Shown here: positions 1 to 10,486 of the stretch, piece after piece
Numbering within the stretch: position 1 is the first letter of the stretch
Layout of the letters: each line of letters starts with the position of its first letter
IMG/VR virus record: IMGVR_UViG_3300049048_000052
Span: 1-64,000 of that record
Direction: 5' to 3' (one strand)
Length of the DNA stretch: 64,000 bases
Made by a program: the position numbers and the translations under genes
The notes under the pieces: generated by a model
Databases searched by the model: none
Told to the model about the DNA's origin: nothing
Seen by the model: only the letters and a program-made list of their open reading frames with translations

Positions 1-639
1 GAATGGAGCATCACTCGTTGGAGCTGAGGATAGTACTCTCTCGATATTGGGGTTCTGTAGGTTGTTCTTGAAGGTTTGTAAGCTCTTAGGTACATAAGTA
101 ATACCTTCAGCAACACCTTCCCAACGTACAGCAGCAACCCTTCTACCAGGCATAATACCTAGGGAGACAGAGTCAACCTTACAACGCTGCAGTTCATACC
201 TGCCTTGAACCTGAGGGTTCTTGAGACCAGCCTGACCAGTCTGAGCTTGGGTAACAACGTTAGCATTACCGTAGTTAGCAAAGGGAGAGATCTGTCTAGA
301 ACCTAGTCTATACTTTTGGCCTTCGCTCTGAGCATAGTTAGTATCTAGGTCATTAGCATTCGCGTCGAATGCAATCTGAAACCTAGGACCTCGGGTAATC
401 ACCTGGTCCCTGGCAATCCTTCTAAGACCAAAGGTACGCATGACAAAGCTCATATCAACTAAGCCTTGTTCAAGCACCCAGGCAATCTGGATTTCACCGT
501 TTAGATAGATAGGAACTCTTTGTCCTAGTTCCAAGTAGGTTTCCGTAGCATCTCTAATAGAGAGGGTAAGAGACTGGAATCTACCGAAGAAGGCAACGTT
601 ACCCTCAACAGAATCTTGTGCCCATACTTCAAAGTCAAA
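1..639 (-). CDS. Tail tube protein, exon 2 (runs off window start)
   Basis: Not in the ORF track. Open frame of 213 codons, FDFEVWAQDSVEGNVAFFGRFQSLTLSIRDATETYLELGQRVPIYLNGEIQIAWVLEQGLVD.... Joined to exon 1 it gives DPLQG|FDFEVW, the DPxxxFxF start typical of gp19-like tubes. Lies downstream of the sheath gene. Confidence 0.8.
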
Positions 640-877
640 CTAGTTGTTAACGTAGAGGCTCTTTATCCTCTACTTCTCATAGTTTCCTATGAGTCCAGAC
701 TATATCATAGTAACCTAATGGTTACCGCCCCCGCTCGTGCCAACTTATCCTGTTCTAGGTATTGTTGGTAGTCGTTGAACCTTACTCCCATCCCGGAGAG
801 TCTTGGCTGCTGATTGCCATATCTATGTAGACTTAGGGTCCCAGCAGTTCAAGGGCTTTATACAGAGCCTTAACTTA
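640..877 (-). mobile_element. Group I intron (no internal ORF) in tail tube gene
   Basis: Minus strand has P (GAACTGCTGGGA), Q (AATCAGCAGCC), R (GTTCAACGACTA) and S (GATATAGTC) elements in order. Exon 1 ends in U and pairs with the guide GCTCTGTA (U.G at the splice site). The intron ends in G, and its removal restores the frame. Confidence 0.92.
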
Positions 878-937
878 ACCCTGTAGTGGATCGATACCCA
901 CGTTGTTGACCGGAGCCTTATACAGGTCTAAAGCCAT
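878..937 (-). CDS. Tail tube protein, exon 1 (MALDLYKAPVNNVGIDPLQG)
   Basis: ATG at 937 after AAGGAA SD-like sequence; 20 codons, then an in-frame TAA inside the intron. Confidence 0.85.
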
Positions 938-1031
938 TTTAAATGTTCCTTTTAATAAAGTTAACTATTATATACCAGGGGTATTAGGTATTAGTGTAGA
1001 TAGAACTAGACCTATAACTCTAAATCAATAA

Positions 1032-1841
1032 ATGACATATATACAATCTATAACAATAAGGGCATGCCCCTCCTGCAATAGCGAGGATACCGTATTAAAA
1101 GGTAGAACCCCTGATGATAGACAGATCTTTAAATGTAAAGCCTGTGGTAAGAAAACTACTGAGAATAAGAGAGTCAGAGGTAGTAGGGTATTCAATCTAT
1201 CAGAGTTGCTACCCTTACACCTTAAACTTCATACTAACCTGAATAATGGGGAGCTATATAGCTTAGGCGTCTTAATAGCTGATGGGTCTATATCCAAGAC
1301 AGGCCAAATGAGTATAACCCTCCAAGAAAGGGACCAGGATATATTAACTACTATAAGAAAATGTCTGTGTATAGATAACCAGGTTAGGAGTGTGGACTGT
1401 TACTACTCCTATAAAGGAAAGAAGATAACTAAGAGCTATAAGAGATTAACCTGGGCCAATAGATACTCCACTAAATTCTGGGAGTACTTTGGTCTCATAA
1501 ATGGTAAGACTGGTAATGAGCAGTGGTTACCTTATATGAATAACACACACTTTGTTAGAGGCTTTTTAGATGGGGATGGGGGTATGTGTATAAGTAGAGG
1601 GTATATAAGACTATACTTCTCATGCCCCTGCTTAAACTTTATAGGTAAGTTACGTCTATATATAAACGAGCTTATTAAGAATATGGGTAGTATGACCTTC
1701 TCTAAAGGCTGCTATAACCTTCAGTATCATGGTGAGCATGCTTTAAATTTAGCCTCAATCCTTTACAAAGGTAGTGAAGGTATTAGATCAGACCGTAAAT
1801 ATGAAATCTATTATGATTACCTCATAGGTAACTACAAATAA
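1032..1841 (+). CDS. Free-standing LAGLIDADG homing endonuclease with N-terminal Zn ribbon
   Basis: Two LAGLIDADG helices (YSLGVLIADGSI, FVRGFLDGDGGM) plus CPSC..CKAC InsA-like zinc ribbon. Confidence 0.88.
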   Translation: MTYIQSITIRACPSCNSEDTVLKGRTPDDRQIFKCKACGKKTTENKRVRGSRVFNLSELLPLHLKLHTNLNNGELYSLGVLIADGSISKTGQMSITLQERDQDILTTIRKCLCIDNQVRSVDCYYSYKGKKITKSYKRLTWANRYSTKFWEYFGLINGKTGNEQWLPYMNNTHFVRGFLDGDGGMCISRGYIRLYFSCPCLNFIGKLRLYINELIKNMGSMTFSKGCYNLQYHGEHALNLASILYKGSEGIRSDRKYEIYYDYLIGNYK

Positions 1842-1866
1842 AAAAGAGGGTCCATATGGACCCTCT
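1840..1866 (-). terminator. Intrinsic terminator after sheath gene
   Basis: AGAGGGTCC-ATAT-GGACCCTCT followed by a T run on the minus strand. Confidence 0.75.
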
Positions 1867-1888
1867 GTCTGATTAACTTAGTTAAGGA

Positions 1889-4384
1889 CTAGTCCCCGAT
1901 CTGTATACCGCCAGTACTATTACGTACTAGGGTGATATAGATATAATCTGCAGCATATACAGGTAGGAAGCTAATTTGCACATTCAGTCTACCTGCTAGG
2001 TAATCTTCCTGCGTATTGTTAGAACTATCAATAACAGCAGGTAGGTAATTGGCCAGCTGACCGCCTCTAGTTAGAGAGCTTAGATAAGCATTGATAGAGG
2101 TAGCAATCTGAGACCTTAGCAAGGGAGTATTGGTCTCACTCTTATATTGCTGTAGGTTCTGGAATAAGTCCTGACGGATCAGGTCATATATTCTTCTAAT
2201 AGCCACCTTCTCAAAAGCGGTACCTGAGGATAACGTTCTACCGTTAATAAAGTAGAAGCCAGCCTGAGTTTGATCAAGGGCAAGGATTTCTAGTCTTGCA
2301 TCCGTATACAGTTGGAGGCTCGCCTTAGAGTTAAAGCGGGTATCTACTTCAAATATAGACTGGACAGGACCTGCAGTGGTTCTAGCATTGGGACCTACTT
2401 GTACAGGTATAACTGCTAGCTTACCTGCGTATAGACCATCAGGGGCCATACCAAATCTAGTAGCGTTAACCTGACCTGCATAGGTAGACCAACCTGTAAT
2501 CATAACACCTCTCTTAGAGTCAAAGCCAGAGGTTTCTTGTCTAGCTACATTAGGTGACAATCCAGGTCTTGTATTAGTAATAGCAATCCTTAGACCTTCT
2601 AGTTCATGGGACTTATCTGCCTGATTTATAAGTCTCTGCTTGACAGCCCTAGACTTATACTGACCTGCAGCTAGTATGATATGAACTGGATACTCAGCCA
2701 TAGTGTCTATAGCTTTAATGTAATCAGCATCAGTAATATCTGGACCGTCAAATCCATTCTCAAGAGTTATCTCTCTTAGGTAATCAGGGCCGTAGTAGTT
2801 AGGATGTGCTGGATCTGTGGGATCCGTAATAGTGGTGTCAGGAGGCGCTATCCTTTGGGGCGAGCTGTATAGTAACTGAGCATTATAACCATCAGGGTTA
2901 AAGTACTTAGGTACAAATACGCCTCTTATTAGAACTGAAGTAGATAAAGCATTAATGAAACCATTTTCATCAATGGCCCTATCCTCAGCTAAATCTATAA
3001 CATAGTTCTCAGGTAGTTGAGCAGGGTTATACTTATCCCCATTAGTATCCTCAACAGTTAGACTGAAAGAGCTAGCAGTTAAAGGATATACACTAACCTT
3101 TAATGAGTTACCCCAACCTCCTACAGAGGCTGCGGCTAACCTAAGAATAGGTAGACCGTTCATATTATAGAACTCTCTAAAGGCAGTTCTAGGGCCATCC
3201 TCACCACCACTCATAAAAGTAGTGTTAGCGGATGTGAATGAGGTAACCGATAGACCTGAAGAATTAGAGAAACTGAATGTAGCTGTACCAGAGCCTGCGC
3301 CGCTATCAAGGGACTTATTAAGGGTGATAACCCCAGTGCTAGTATTAACAGACTGCACTAAAGTATTACTCTGTAGAACACCACTAATGTTAGTGGTTAC
3401 AATAGCACCTGGGCTAATGTAACCTGCATTACTAGTAGGTGTAACGGTTATAGTGGTAGTAGAATTAGAGTAGTTATAAGAAGCACTAGAGCCCACGGCC
3501 CCATCAGGAACCTGAAGCTCAAAGTAATATGAGAAGTTGTTACCAGCATTACCTACATAGGCTTCCTCAAGATAGAAGCTTATCCCAGTGTCGTCATCCC
3601 TTCTCACAATATCACCAAAGGGTGAATTGCCTGATAGAGTATTCATTAAGGCGGTACTAACTTGGCTAGTGGTAGCGTCCTTAAATATAGGCGTTTGGAA
3701 CAAGAAGCTCTGTACCCTAACGGACCACTCTTGATTTAACACTAAGGCTATATCAGATGTTTGTGTGATAGTACCGAAGATCAAGGATATACCCTGGGAT
3801 ATAGCCTTAGCCACACCCTTATCCGTGGATAAGCCTACACTAATAGAAGTGCTGACCGCAGACCAATCAATATTGGGATCTCCAAAGACATCAGGAATGT
3901 CTAGCAAGCTAATAAACTGATACTTAACAGTAGCAGTAGTAGAGTTTATAGCGGTAACCTTGAAGTAGTATCTACCTGCATCAGTACCAGTATAGCTGCC
4001 TGTGGTAAATATAGGGGTTTTAAGTACTGTACCGTATCTTGGGTAGGCCTGGCCAACATACTTGACATTGGTGGTTAGGTTGTTAGGCTTAGAGGCGACA
4101 CCTGCAAATACAACGGAGCCAAAAGCTTCCTTGGCTAAGCCCATAACTCTGACTATGCCAAAGTCTACTGCACCTTGATCAAAGGCTGCTTGGACTGCCA
4201 TGGATCCCTTAGCTAGATCGCTACCGAATCTATGGGCAAAATCCATAAAGTCGTTTACATAGTTGAATTGGTTAGCGGGCCCCTTAGTGAATTCTCCCAC
4301 CACCCCAATCCTATTCCTAAGTCCGAACCTGATTGGGTTGGTTCCGACATTCTGTTCGTTAAATATGATATCGGGGATTAACAT
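1889..4384 (-). CDS. Tail sheath protein
   Basis: N-terminal GVVGEFTKGP..DF..RFG and C-terminal IRRIYD..NTPLLR..IDSSNNT.ED..GRLNVQI sheath signatures. Confidence 0.93.
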   Translation of the reverse strand: MLIPDIIFNEQNVGTNPIRFGLRNRIGVVGEFTKGPANQFNYVNDFMDFAHRFGSDLAKGSMAVQAAFDQGAVDFGIVRVMGLAKEAFGSVVFAGVASKPNNLTTNVKYVGQAYPRYGTVLKTPIFTTGSYTGTDAGRYYFKVTAINSTTATVKYQFISLLDIPDVFGDPNIDWSAVSTSISVGLSTDKGVAKAISQGISLIFGTITQTSDIALVLNQEWSVRVQSFLFQTPIFKDATTSQVSTALMNTLSGNSPFGDIVRRDDDTGISFYLEEAYVGNAGNNFSYYFELQVPDGAVGSSASYNYSNSTTTITVTPTSNAGYISPGAIVTTNISGVLQSNTLVQSVNTSTGVITLNKSLDSGAGSGTATFSFSNSSGLSVTSFTSANTTFMSGGEDGPRTAFREFYNMNGLPILRLAAASVGGWGNSLKVSVYPLTASSFSLTVEDTNGDKYNPAQLPENYVIDLAEDRAIDENGFINALSTSVLIRGVFVPKYFNPDGYNAQLLYSSPQRIAPPDTTITDPTDPAHPNYYGPDYLREITLENGFDGPDITDADYIKAIDTMAEYPVHIILAAGQYKSRAVKQRLINQADKSHELEGLRIAITNTRPGLSPNVARQETSGFDSKRGVMITGWSTYAGQVNATRFGMAPDGLYAGKLAVIPVQVGPNARTTAGPVQSIFEVDTRFNSKASLQLYTDARLEILALDQTQAGFYFINGRTLSSGTAFEKVAIRRIYDLIRQDLFQNLQQYKSETNTPLLRSQIATSINAYLSSLTRGGQLANYLPAVIDSSNNTQEDYLAGRLNVQISFLPVYAADYIYITLVRNSTGGIQIGD

Positions 4385-4401
4385 TATTTCTCCGTAATTA
4401 C

Positions 4402-5121
4402 TTATTCATTAATGGTCAGGTTGGCTTCTATGTTGGTGACAGGAACATCAAACCTATCCCTCCAACCTCTACTGATATACCCATCTAGCCTTACCAGTAG
4501 CTCAGCCTCGTGGAAGTAGACATTCTTGTCCTTCTCCCATCTACCAGCTTTTAGGTTGGCATATAGGGCCTCAAAGGAGTTGCAGCGTATGGGCATAAAT
4601 CTCTTATAGACAGGATCGCTAACAACTAGTCTTAGTATCTCCAGATACTCGCCTAGTATGTTCACTGATGGATTAATGATTAATGGTACCTCTTTTCTTG
4701 CGTTGGATGTAAGCAAGACTTGTGAGTAATCAAGAGGGGCCTCGGCCCAAGTACTGACAGTTTTACCATCATCTACAGGTACCATAACACTATTATGCTG
4801 TAATCCTATGACTATGTTATAGACAACATGGTCCTCATTACGAGTCTGTCCTATATTGTAAACCTCATACATAGCACTGACCCTATTGGTACCAGGAGCT
4901 AAGGGGGCGCCATCTGAGGAGTAGTATCCAAAGACAGAACATAGAAGACCCTCATCAAAGTAAAGGCCTGGGAATGTCTTATACCTATCTATAAACACTT
5001 GTTCCCCAGTCTCTGGATGGTAGACTGGGGGGTTAATAATAAGAGGGTGGTTAGCTATATAATCAACCAATGCCCTACAGAGATAGGGTATGGACGGAAC
5101 TGGAGGTCCTATGTCTACCAA
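4402..5121 (-). CDS. Probable tail terminator/completion protein
   Basis: Position directly before sheath; size; no motif recognised. Confidence 0.45.
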   Translation of the reverse strand: MVDIGPPVPSIPYLCRALVDYIANHPLIINPPVYHPETGEQVFIDRYKTFPGLYFDEGLLCSVFGYYSSDGAPLAPGTNRVSAMYEVYNIGQTRNEDHVVYNIVIGLQHNSVMVPVDDGKTVSTWAEAPLDYSQVLLTSNARKEVPLIINPSVNILGEYLEILRLVVSDPVYKRFMPIRCNSFEALYANLKAGRWEKDKNVYFHEAELLVRLDGYISRGWRDRFDVPVTNIEANLTINE

Positions 5122-7196
5122 GGGGGTATCCTCCTCTTCTCTATAGTATTAAGGAAGTCCATCTTGTCATAAACATGTTGCAGTCCCGATGACTTCTTAT
5201 GTTTAGTTAAGGAGGCACTACCACTGAACTTAGTTAATAGTTCCTCAGTCTGGTCCGTAGGAGATTGAGTAGTAGTCCTGGCCACCTTAGCATCCACCGA
5301 TACCGATCTGGGCTTATTCTTATAGGGAGTCTTCTCTTCTATGGGGGTGCCAGTGGCTATCTCTAAACCAGCAGGTACTTGGGTAATATCTACTACCACC
5401 CTCACTTCCTCTTTAGTAGTCTGGAATGCGACTATCTCTACAGCATGAGGATAAACAAGGACACCTAAGGTATCACTAGCCTGACTTACTGTATACAAAG
5501 AGTTAAGGAATGCTAAGGCTACGTCCTCAGCAGAGGCATCAACTAGATCTATACTCCAAGGTGCAACCACTGTCGAATTACTAGAGGATACCCTAGCACT
5601 AAGAGTGCCTGTTACAGGTGCTCCTGTAAGTCTAAAGTAGAAGGTGTTAGGGATAGGTATATCCTTCTCCTTAACTGCAGGATCTGTAGTAGATCCTGAG
5701 CCAACCCTACTACCTGTTGTAGTCTTAACAGTACCCTTCTCTACCCCTATGATTAAAGAGTGAGGACCCCTCCTATCTAAGAAGGTATAGTTAGGTAATA
5801 GACCATATAAAATACCATCCACATAATCCTTACTAGTCGGTAGGGACCTATAGTTAATCAAGTCATTATGACTGTTATATAGAACCTTCCATACTGTGTT
5901 ATTAGTGTAGGGATTGGCGCCGCCAGAACTAACCGTATTAGCACAATAATAATCTAGGCCATCATAGGTAACTATAGATTTAGCTGCATAGGAGGTAGCT
6001 GAGCTCCATATACCCTGATAGCTACTACCCGTTGTATTAAATCTGCTATTAGCTATGGCAGTCTTACTAACAGTAAAGAATCTAACTATTATTAGCTCTG
6101 TACTGATAATGGCTGACATCCTCCTAGCATCAAAACGCAGGGAGCATAAGTTGGTCAGCATTCTGAAGCTAGCTACCTTCTTATCGTAGATACCTGTAGG
6201 ATCTGAACTATCAGAATCATACAGCTTCCTCTTAATCATAGAGATAGATGTTAAGCTAGTCGGCTCCACGTTAGGAGAGACTAATACATTAGAGTCATAA
6301 AATGTGACAGCCTCGTTAAGGGCATCTGAGAGGAGCTCTATGATGTCCTCAGCAGTTGAACCATCAGGTATACCGAAGGCTCCCTCAACAGGCTGCAGAA
6401 GCTCACTGGAACCTATCTGTGTGGATATATTAGTGGTGCTACCTGTAACTATAGTGTTAGTGGTGTCTAGTGTATTAGTAGTACTGGTAGTAGCCTTAAA
6501 TCCTCCCTCATCTGCATGGGTAACATAATACCAACAGAGAGCTATCTCACTGGGATCTATATTAAGACTATCTAATAACTTAACGTTAGAGTTAGGGTAT
6601 ACCTCCTCAATCCTAACTATTTGATCAGGAGGATTCAAATTAAAGTATGTAGCTGGTAAGCTAGTGGAGTCTATACCCAAGGATATATATAAGGTGGAGG
6701 CACTAGTACCACCTGCACTCAGTATAGCGGCAGCAGGCGCCTTGGTTTGTGTATATAACTTAGTTATCTCTGCTAAGTCATTAAGTGCTCCCTCTTCTAT
6801 CTGTTTAGCTGAGGTGACATTCTTAATATCATCGTCTAATGGTATAGATCTAATAAGTATAGCTGCGGTGAGTGCTGCCGCCACCCTAGTGATACCTTCA
6901 GAGAAAGGACTATCAGTTGATATCATCAACGTGATAACCCTCTGGTATAGGGCTACTATATCCGTAGGGTTAGTAGGATCTGAAAATAGATATGTGTTAT
7001 CCAGGTTCTTAGCCGCAGAAAGAATCAAGCCTATCCTAGGATAGGCTTGAGTTTGTGCTGTATTTATTATCTGGAGGTCCTTTGATGCTCTTAGTAGAAC
7101 ACTATAGGACCTAACCATATCAATGAAATCAGCCTGCTGCGCCTGGAGGAAGCTCTTAATATCAGGATTACTGCTGAACCCTCCAAAGCTATTCAT
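5115..7196 (-). CDS. Neck/head-tail adaptor-like protein with a carbohydrate-binding-like module
   Basis: N-terminal region resembles Mu gp36-like adaptors (ITRVAAALTAAILI..KQIEEGALNDLAEI). Internal WSSATSYAAKSIVTYDGLDYYC..NP..W resembles CBM5/12. Confidence 0.5.
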   Translation of the reverse strand: MNSFGGFSSNPDIKSFLQAQQADFIDMVRSYSVLLRASKDLQIINTAQTQAYPRIGLILSAAKNLDNTYLFSDPTNPTDIVALYQRVITLMISTDSPFSEGITRVAAALTAAILIRSIPLDDDIKNVTSAKQIEEGALNDLAEITKLYTQTKAPAAAILSAGGTSASTLYISLGIDSTSLPATYFNLNPPDQIVRIEEVYPNSNVKLLDSLNIDPSEIALCWYYVTHADEGGFKATTSTTNTLDTTNTIVTGSTTNISTQIGSSELLQPVEGAFGIPDGSTAEDIIELLSDALNEAVTFYDSNVLVSPNVEPTSLTSISMIKRKLYDSDSSDPTGIYDKKVASFRMLTNLCSLRFDARRMSAIISTELIIVRFFTVSKTAIANSRFNTTGSSYQGIWSSATSYAAKSIVTYDGLDYYCANTVSSGGANPYTNNTVWKVLYNSHNDLINYRSLPTSKDYVDGILYGLLPNYTFLDRRGPHSLIIGVEKGTVKTTTGSRVGSGSTTDPAVKEKDIPIPNTFYFRLTGAPVTGTLSARVSSSNSTVVAPWSIDLVDASAEDVALAFLNSLYTVSQASDTLGVLVYPHAVEIVAFQTTKEEVRVVVDITQVPAGLEIATGTPIEEKTPYKNKPRSVSVDAKVARTTTQSPTDQTEELLTKFSGSASLTKHKKSSGLQHVYDKMDFLNTIEKRRIPPW

Positions 7197-7199
7197 ATC

Positions 7200-7781
7200 T
7201 TAAAACTCCATGATAAGTATGGACTCGATAGTCTCTTCTTTATTGGTGTAATCAATACCGTATTCCTGGGCCAGGTCTTTTATCTTCCTCACAGAAAGAG
7301 CGGATAGTTCCTTGGCTCTCTTGGCTATAGCCTCAATCTTCTCATCAGCTACCTCTTCAAGCTTAACTTCCTCTACAGGCTCATCTGCAGGTAGTGCACG
7401 CTCAAGATCAGTAGCCTCGATCTTATCAGGTATGGATATCTCAACCCTATCAACAAAGGTATTGATAGGAGGATCCTGTGGAGGGACAATAAAGCTGTCC
7501 TCAGGCAGAGAAGTAGGATGTTCAATAACTTCTTCATATTGCTCCCCTACCGGAGTAAAACCATTCTCATCACTTACTTCTTTAAGCAAGGCGAGGCCTA
7601 CTTGGTCCTCATCTATGTAGATGAAATCTCGGTAGGGGAATAAGTTAGATAGTAAGTATTTGAGCTCCTCTCTTTCCTCAGACTTATTAATGTCTAGGTA
7701 GTAATCCTCATGGGCTGTAAGCCATATGTCCTTACTTCTAAACTGAAGTCTGAAAGGTGTTCCAACTTGTATTCTAATCAT
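7200..7781 (-). CDS. Virion-module protein with C-terminal HeH/Rho-N-like motif
   Basis: ELSALSVRKIKDLAQEYGIDYTNKEETIESIL after an acidic linker. Confidence 0.5.
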   Translation of the reverse strand: MIRIQVGTPFRLQFRSKDIWLTAHEDYYLDINKSEEREELKYLLSNLFPYRDFIYIDEDQVGLALLKEVSDENGFTPVGEQYEEVIEHPTSLPEDSFIVPPQDPPINTFVDRVEISIPDKIEATDLERALPADEPVEEVKLEEVADEKIEAIAKRAKELSALSVRKIKDLAQEYGIDYTNKEETIESILIMEF

Positions 7782-7818
7782 AATTCCCCTTGTTTGTGCT
7801 AAAGGTTAGTATAACCTA

Positions 7819-8970
7819 TTAACCACCGATCAGCATATCATAGACATCCGAGACCTTGGTCAGAGCTGAGACAGCACCACCACTTAGGGCAACGTTAACT
7901 CTAACTAGAGCAACTGGATCACCATACAGAGTTAAGGCTGGCTTAGGATTAGGAGACATTGCAGTCCTAGCTATATTGAATGGGTTATCCAAGTAGATAG
8001 GATTGATTCTACCTAGTGCAGAGCTCTGCTCTTTAGCCAGGAACTTATACTGACCCACTTCTCTACCAACATGACCCTCAGGCATAAAGGTTGGGAAGTA
8101 GTACTCGTTGACGGCAACATAGGAAGTACCAGAAGCATTGAAAGGAGCCCCGGTCAGAGGTACAACAACACCATTAAGATCTACTAGAGCATCTTGCTTA
8201 GCGGTGGAGTATCTCTTAGCGGACTGAACCTTCCACAGCTTGCTGTTATAAGCAGTAGCCGCAGCAGACTCTAACATGATCTTCCTTTGAACAGGAATCT
8301 CACCTTGGGTAGCCTTCAACAGGTTAAATGCAGTCTGATCAAAACCAGGCTTAGCCATAACATCAGGTACACCAGAGTTATCTTGGTCATACACTTCAGC
8401 TAGAACAAACTCATAACCAATAGGGGATAGGAGTTTACCAGTGAATCTAGGATCAGATAGCTTCTGGATTTCTTCACTGTAGTAGTTATACACAGTGATA
8501 TCAGAAGTGGTAGCAGTACCCATGAAGATTCTCTTCTGTAGTTCCTGTACACCACCTACGCCAGCAACAGCTGCTTCTACATCAGAAGGTAGGAAGTAGG
8601 ATAGAAGAGCCTCATTGGTGGAGCTCATACCAATCGTATAGTTAACAGGAGGTGTAAGAGCCTCAGCTGCACTTCTGGAAGTGGGTTCTAGATACTTAGG
8701 AACTAGAGATACGATGTAGTCTCTACCGCTTGTTAACAGAGTAACAACAGTAGCAAAATCAAAGGTGTTGGGCTTATGGCTGGTACCGTTGATGGCATAT
8801 TTGGTGCCTTCAATCTCAACGGATCCGCTGGTGCCTAGAGAGAGAACACTACCACTAACAGAGCTGGTAGGCTTGTCCAATAGACCAGCTAATGCATAAG
8901 TCTTAGAACCTACATAATTACCAGGCTTTCTAGCACCTGGTAGAATTTGATGTGAATTAAGTAATCCCAT
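7819..8970 (-). CDS. Probable capsid decoration/cement protein
   Basis: Follows the major capsid gene; biased high-expression codons; no motif recognised. Confidence 0.45.
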   Translation of the reverse strand: MGLLNSHQILPGARKPGNYVGSKTYALAGLLDKPTSSVSGSVLSLGTSGSVEIEGTKYAINGTSHKPNTFDFATVVTLLTSGRDYIVSLVPKYLEPTSRSAAEALTPPVNYTIGMSSTNEALLSYFLPSDVEAAVAGVGGVQELQKRIFMGTATTSDITVYNYYSEEIQKLSDPRFTGKLLSPIGYEFVLAEVYDQDNSGVPDVMAKPGFDQTAFNLLKATQGEIPVQRKIMLESAAATAYNSKLWKVQSAKRYSTAKQDALVDLNGVVVPLTGAPFNASGTSYVAVNEYYFPTFMPEGHVGREVGQYKFLAKEQSSALGRINPIYLDNPFNIARTAMSPNPKPALTLYGDPVALVRVNVALSGGAVSALTKVSDVYDMLIGG

Positions 8971-9157
8971 TATTATTTTCCTTATGGACTAATTGAGGTT
9001 GGTTATCTTCTACTTCAAGTACCCAGACCAACCAACGTAGGATACCCTCATCTACTTCCTGGACCTCATGGTCTCTTTAGTGGGAAGTTATATAAGTAAT
9101 ACTATAAACAGTAAAGTACATAGTAGGATGACCAGCACCCTACTATGTACTCACAGA

Positions 9158-10486
9158 TTAGAATGTGCCGAACTGGATATCACCCAGTACGCCCAGTCTG
9201 GTGTTGATGTCATCAACAGTAGCAACGGTCATATGAGCAACACGGTAAGGATACTTCAGGTAAGGCATACCTGCATTCCCCATCTGCATGTACATACCAG
9301 GAGCCGCAGGGATCTGAGTTTGATCTTGGGTTCTAGTCCATAGACCAGGTGCTCCACCAGATTCTTCAGATACGCAGAACTGCGTTCTACCGATAGGCTC
9401 AGAACCACCATTAACATCAGTGGTAGCAACGAACACGACCTTGTTCTTAGGCCATACTCTCTTATAGATACCATCAACTGGATCTCTGTACATCGTTTCA
9501 ACGGTGTAGATAGGAATACCAGCAAGGGCAATAACGCCATCAGGACCGATACCGATGGCACCAACCATCATACGATCTAGGACATTACCATCAACCATGT
9601 AGCCGCCCCCACCAAGGCCAGCTTCATAGACTTTCTTATCACCAGTAACAGCACCCATCTTAGCAATCAGACCACCCGTTTGTAGTTTGATTTCATTGTT
9701 GGTAGCAATTACTTCTCTAAGTTCAGGGGACATATACATGCCAGTGATCTTAGCTTTGTTGGTCTCTTTAAACCAACGAGCGAACTTCTGTACACAACCT
9801 ACGATATCAGCATCAGGATCCGTCCAGGGAATACCTGCGGTGCTAGGTTGAGGTGTGTTGTAATCAATCAAACCTCTAAACAGGTTAGATTCATTTCTAC
9901 CTCTATAGCCACTGGTAACACCATAATGCCATACGTTATGTGCAGGGATGTTAGCAGCTACTCTTGCGGGAACGCCTGTTCTAGGATCCGTATATTGGAT
10001 ACCACCCAACAGCATCATAGCCCTGAATACGTCCCAGGTAAGATTGTGCTCACGCACCATGCCTTGGGTGATCATAGCGATCTGTTCTTGGGGAGACCAC
10101 TTATCGTTCAGGGTACCTGGTTTCAGTTTGGTGTTGATTTCACCATAGCTAATGAAGGTAGATCTACGAATGTAGAGGGGCTGAACGAAGAAGCTTCTGG
10201 TCGTACCATAGTTGTGACCAAGCACAACGTCAGGCTTACCCATTTCAACCAAGGGAAATATCGTATCTCCGGCTTGGAACTTCTGTTCGATCTTTACAAT
10301 CCTCTCAGAGATTTCTTCATCAGGGAAGAGCTCAGATAGAGGGGTTCTGCCTTCTAGGGGCATGAATGACTTAGCTAGCTCAGTGTAGATAGGCTCACCT
10401 GGGTTAGCATCATTAGATGTGGTTAACCAGGGGCTTACATAGCCACCGAAGTTAGGATTAGGAAGGTCGTTTAATAGTCCTGGCAT
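9158..10486 (-). CDS. Major capsid protein (lambda gpE / Phage_cap_E-like)
   Basis: WDVFRAMMLLGGIQY motif and overall pattern of cap_E capsids; follows protease gene; terminator hairpin AGTACATAGTAGG..CCTACTATGTACT downstream. Confidence 0.85.
   Translation of the reverse strand: MPGLLNDLPNPNFGGYVSPWLTTSNDANPGEPIYTELAKSFMPLEGRTPLSELFPDEEISERIVKIEQKFQAGDTIFPLVEMGKPDVVLGHNYGTTRSFFVQPLYIRRSTFISYGEINTKLKPGTLNDKWSPQEQIAMITQGMVREHNLTWDVFRAMMLLGGIQYTDPRTGVPARVAANIPAHNVWHYGVTSGYRGRNESNLFRGLIDYNTPQPSTAGIPWTDPDADIVGCVQKFARWFKETNKAKITGMYMSPELREVIATNNEIKLQTGGLIAKMGAVTGDKKVYEAGLGGGGYMVDGNVLDRMMVGAIGIGPDGVIALAGIPIYTVETMYRDPVDGIYKRVWPKNKVVFVATTDVNGGSEPIGRTQFCVSEESGGAPGLWTRTQDQTQIPAAPGMYMQMGNAGMPYLKYPYRVAHMTVATVDDINTRLGVLGDIQFGTF

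Noticed and set aside
1032-1170. IS1 element suggested by the InsA-like zinc ribbon
   Set aside because: No InsB transposase or terminal inverted repeats; the ribbon is fused to a LAGLIDADG domain.
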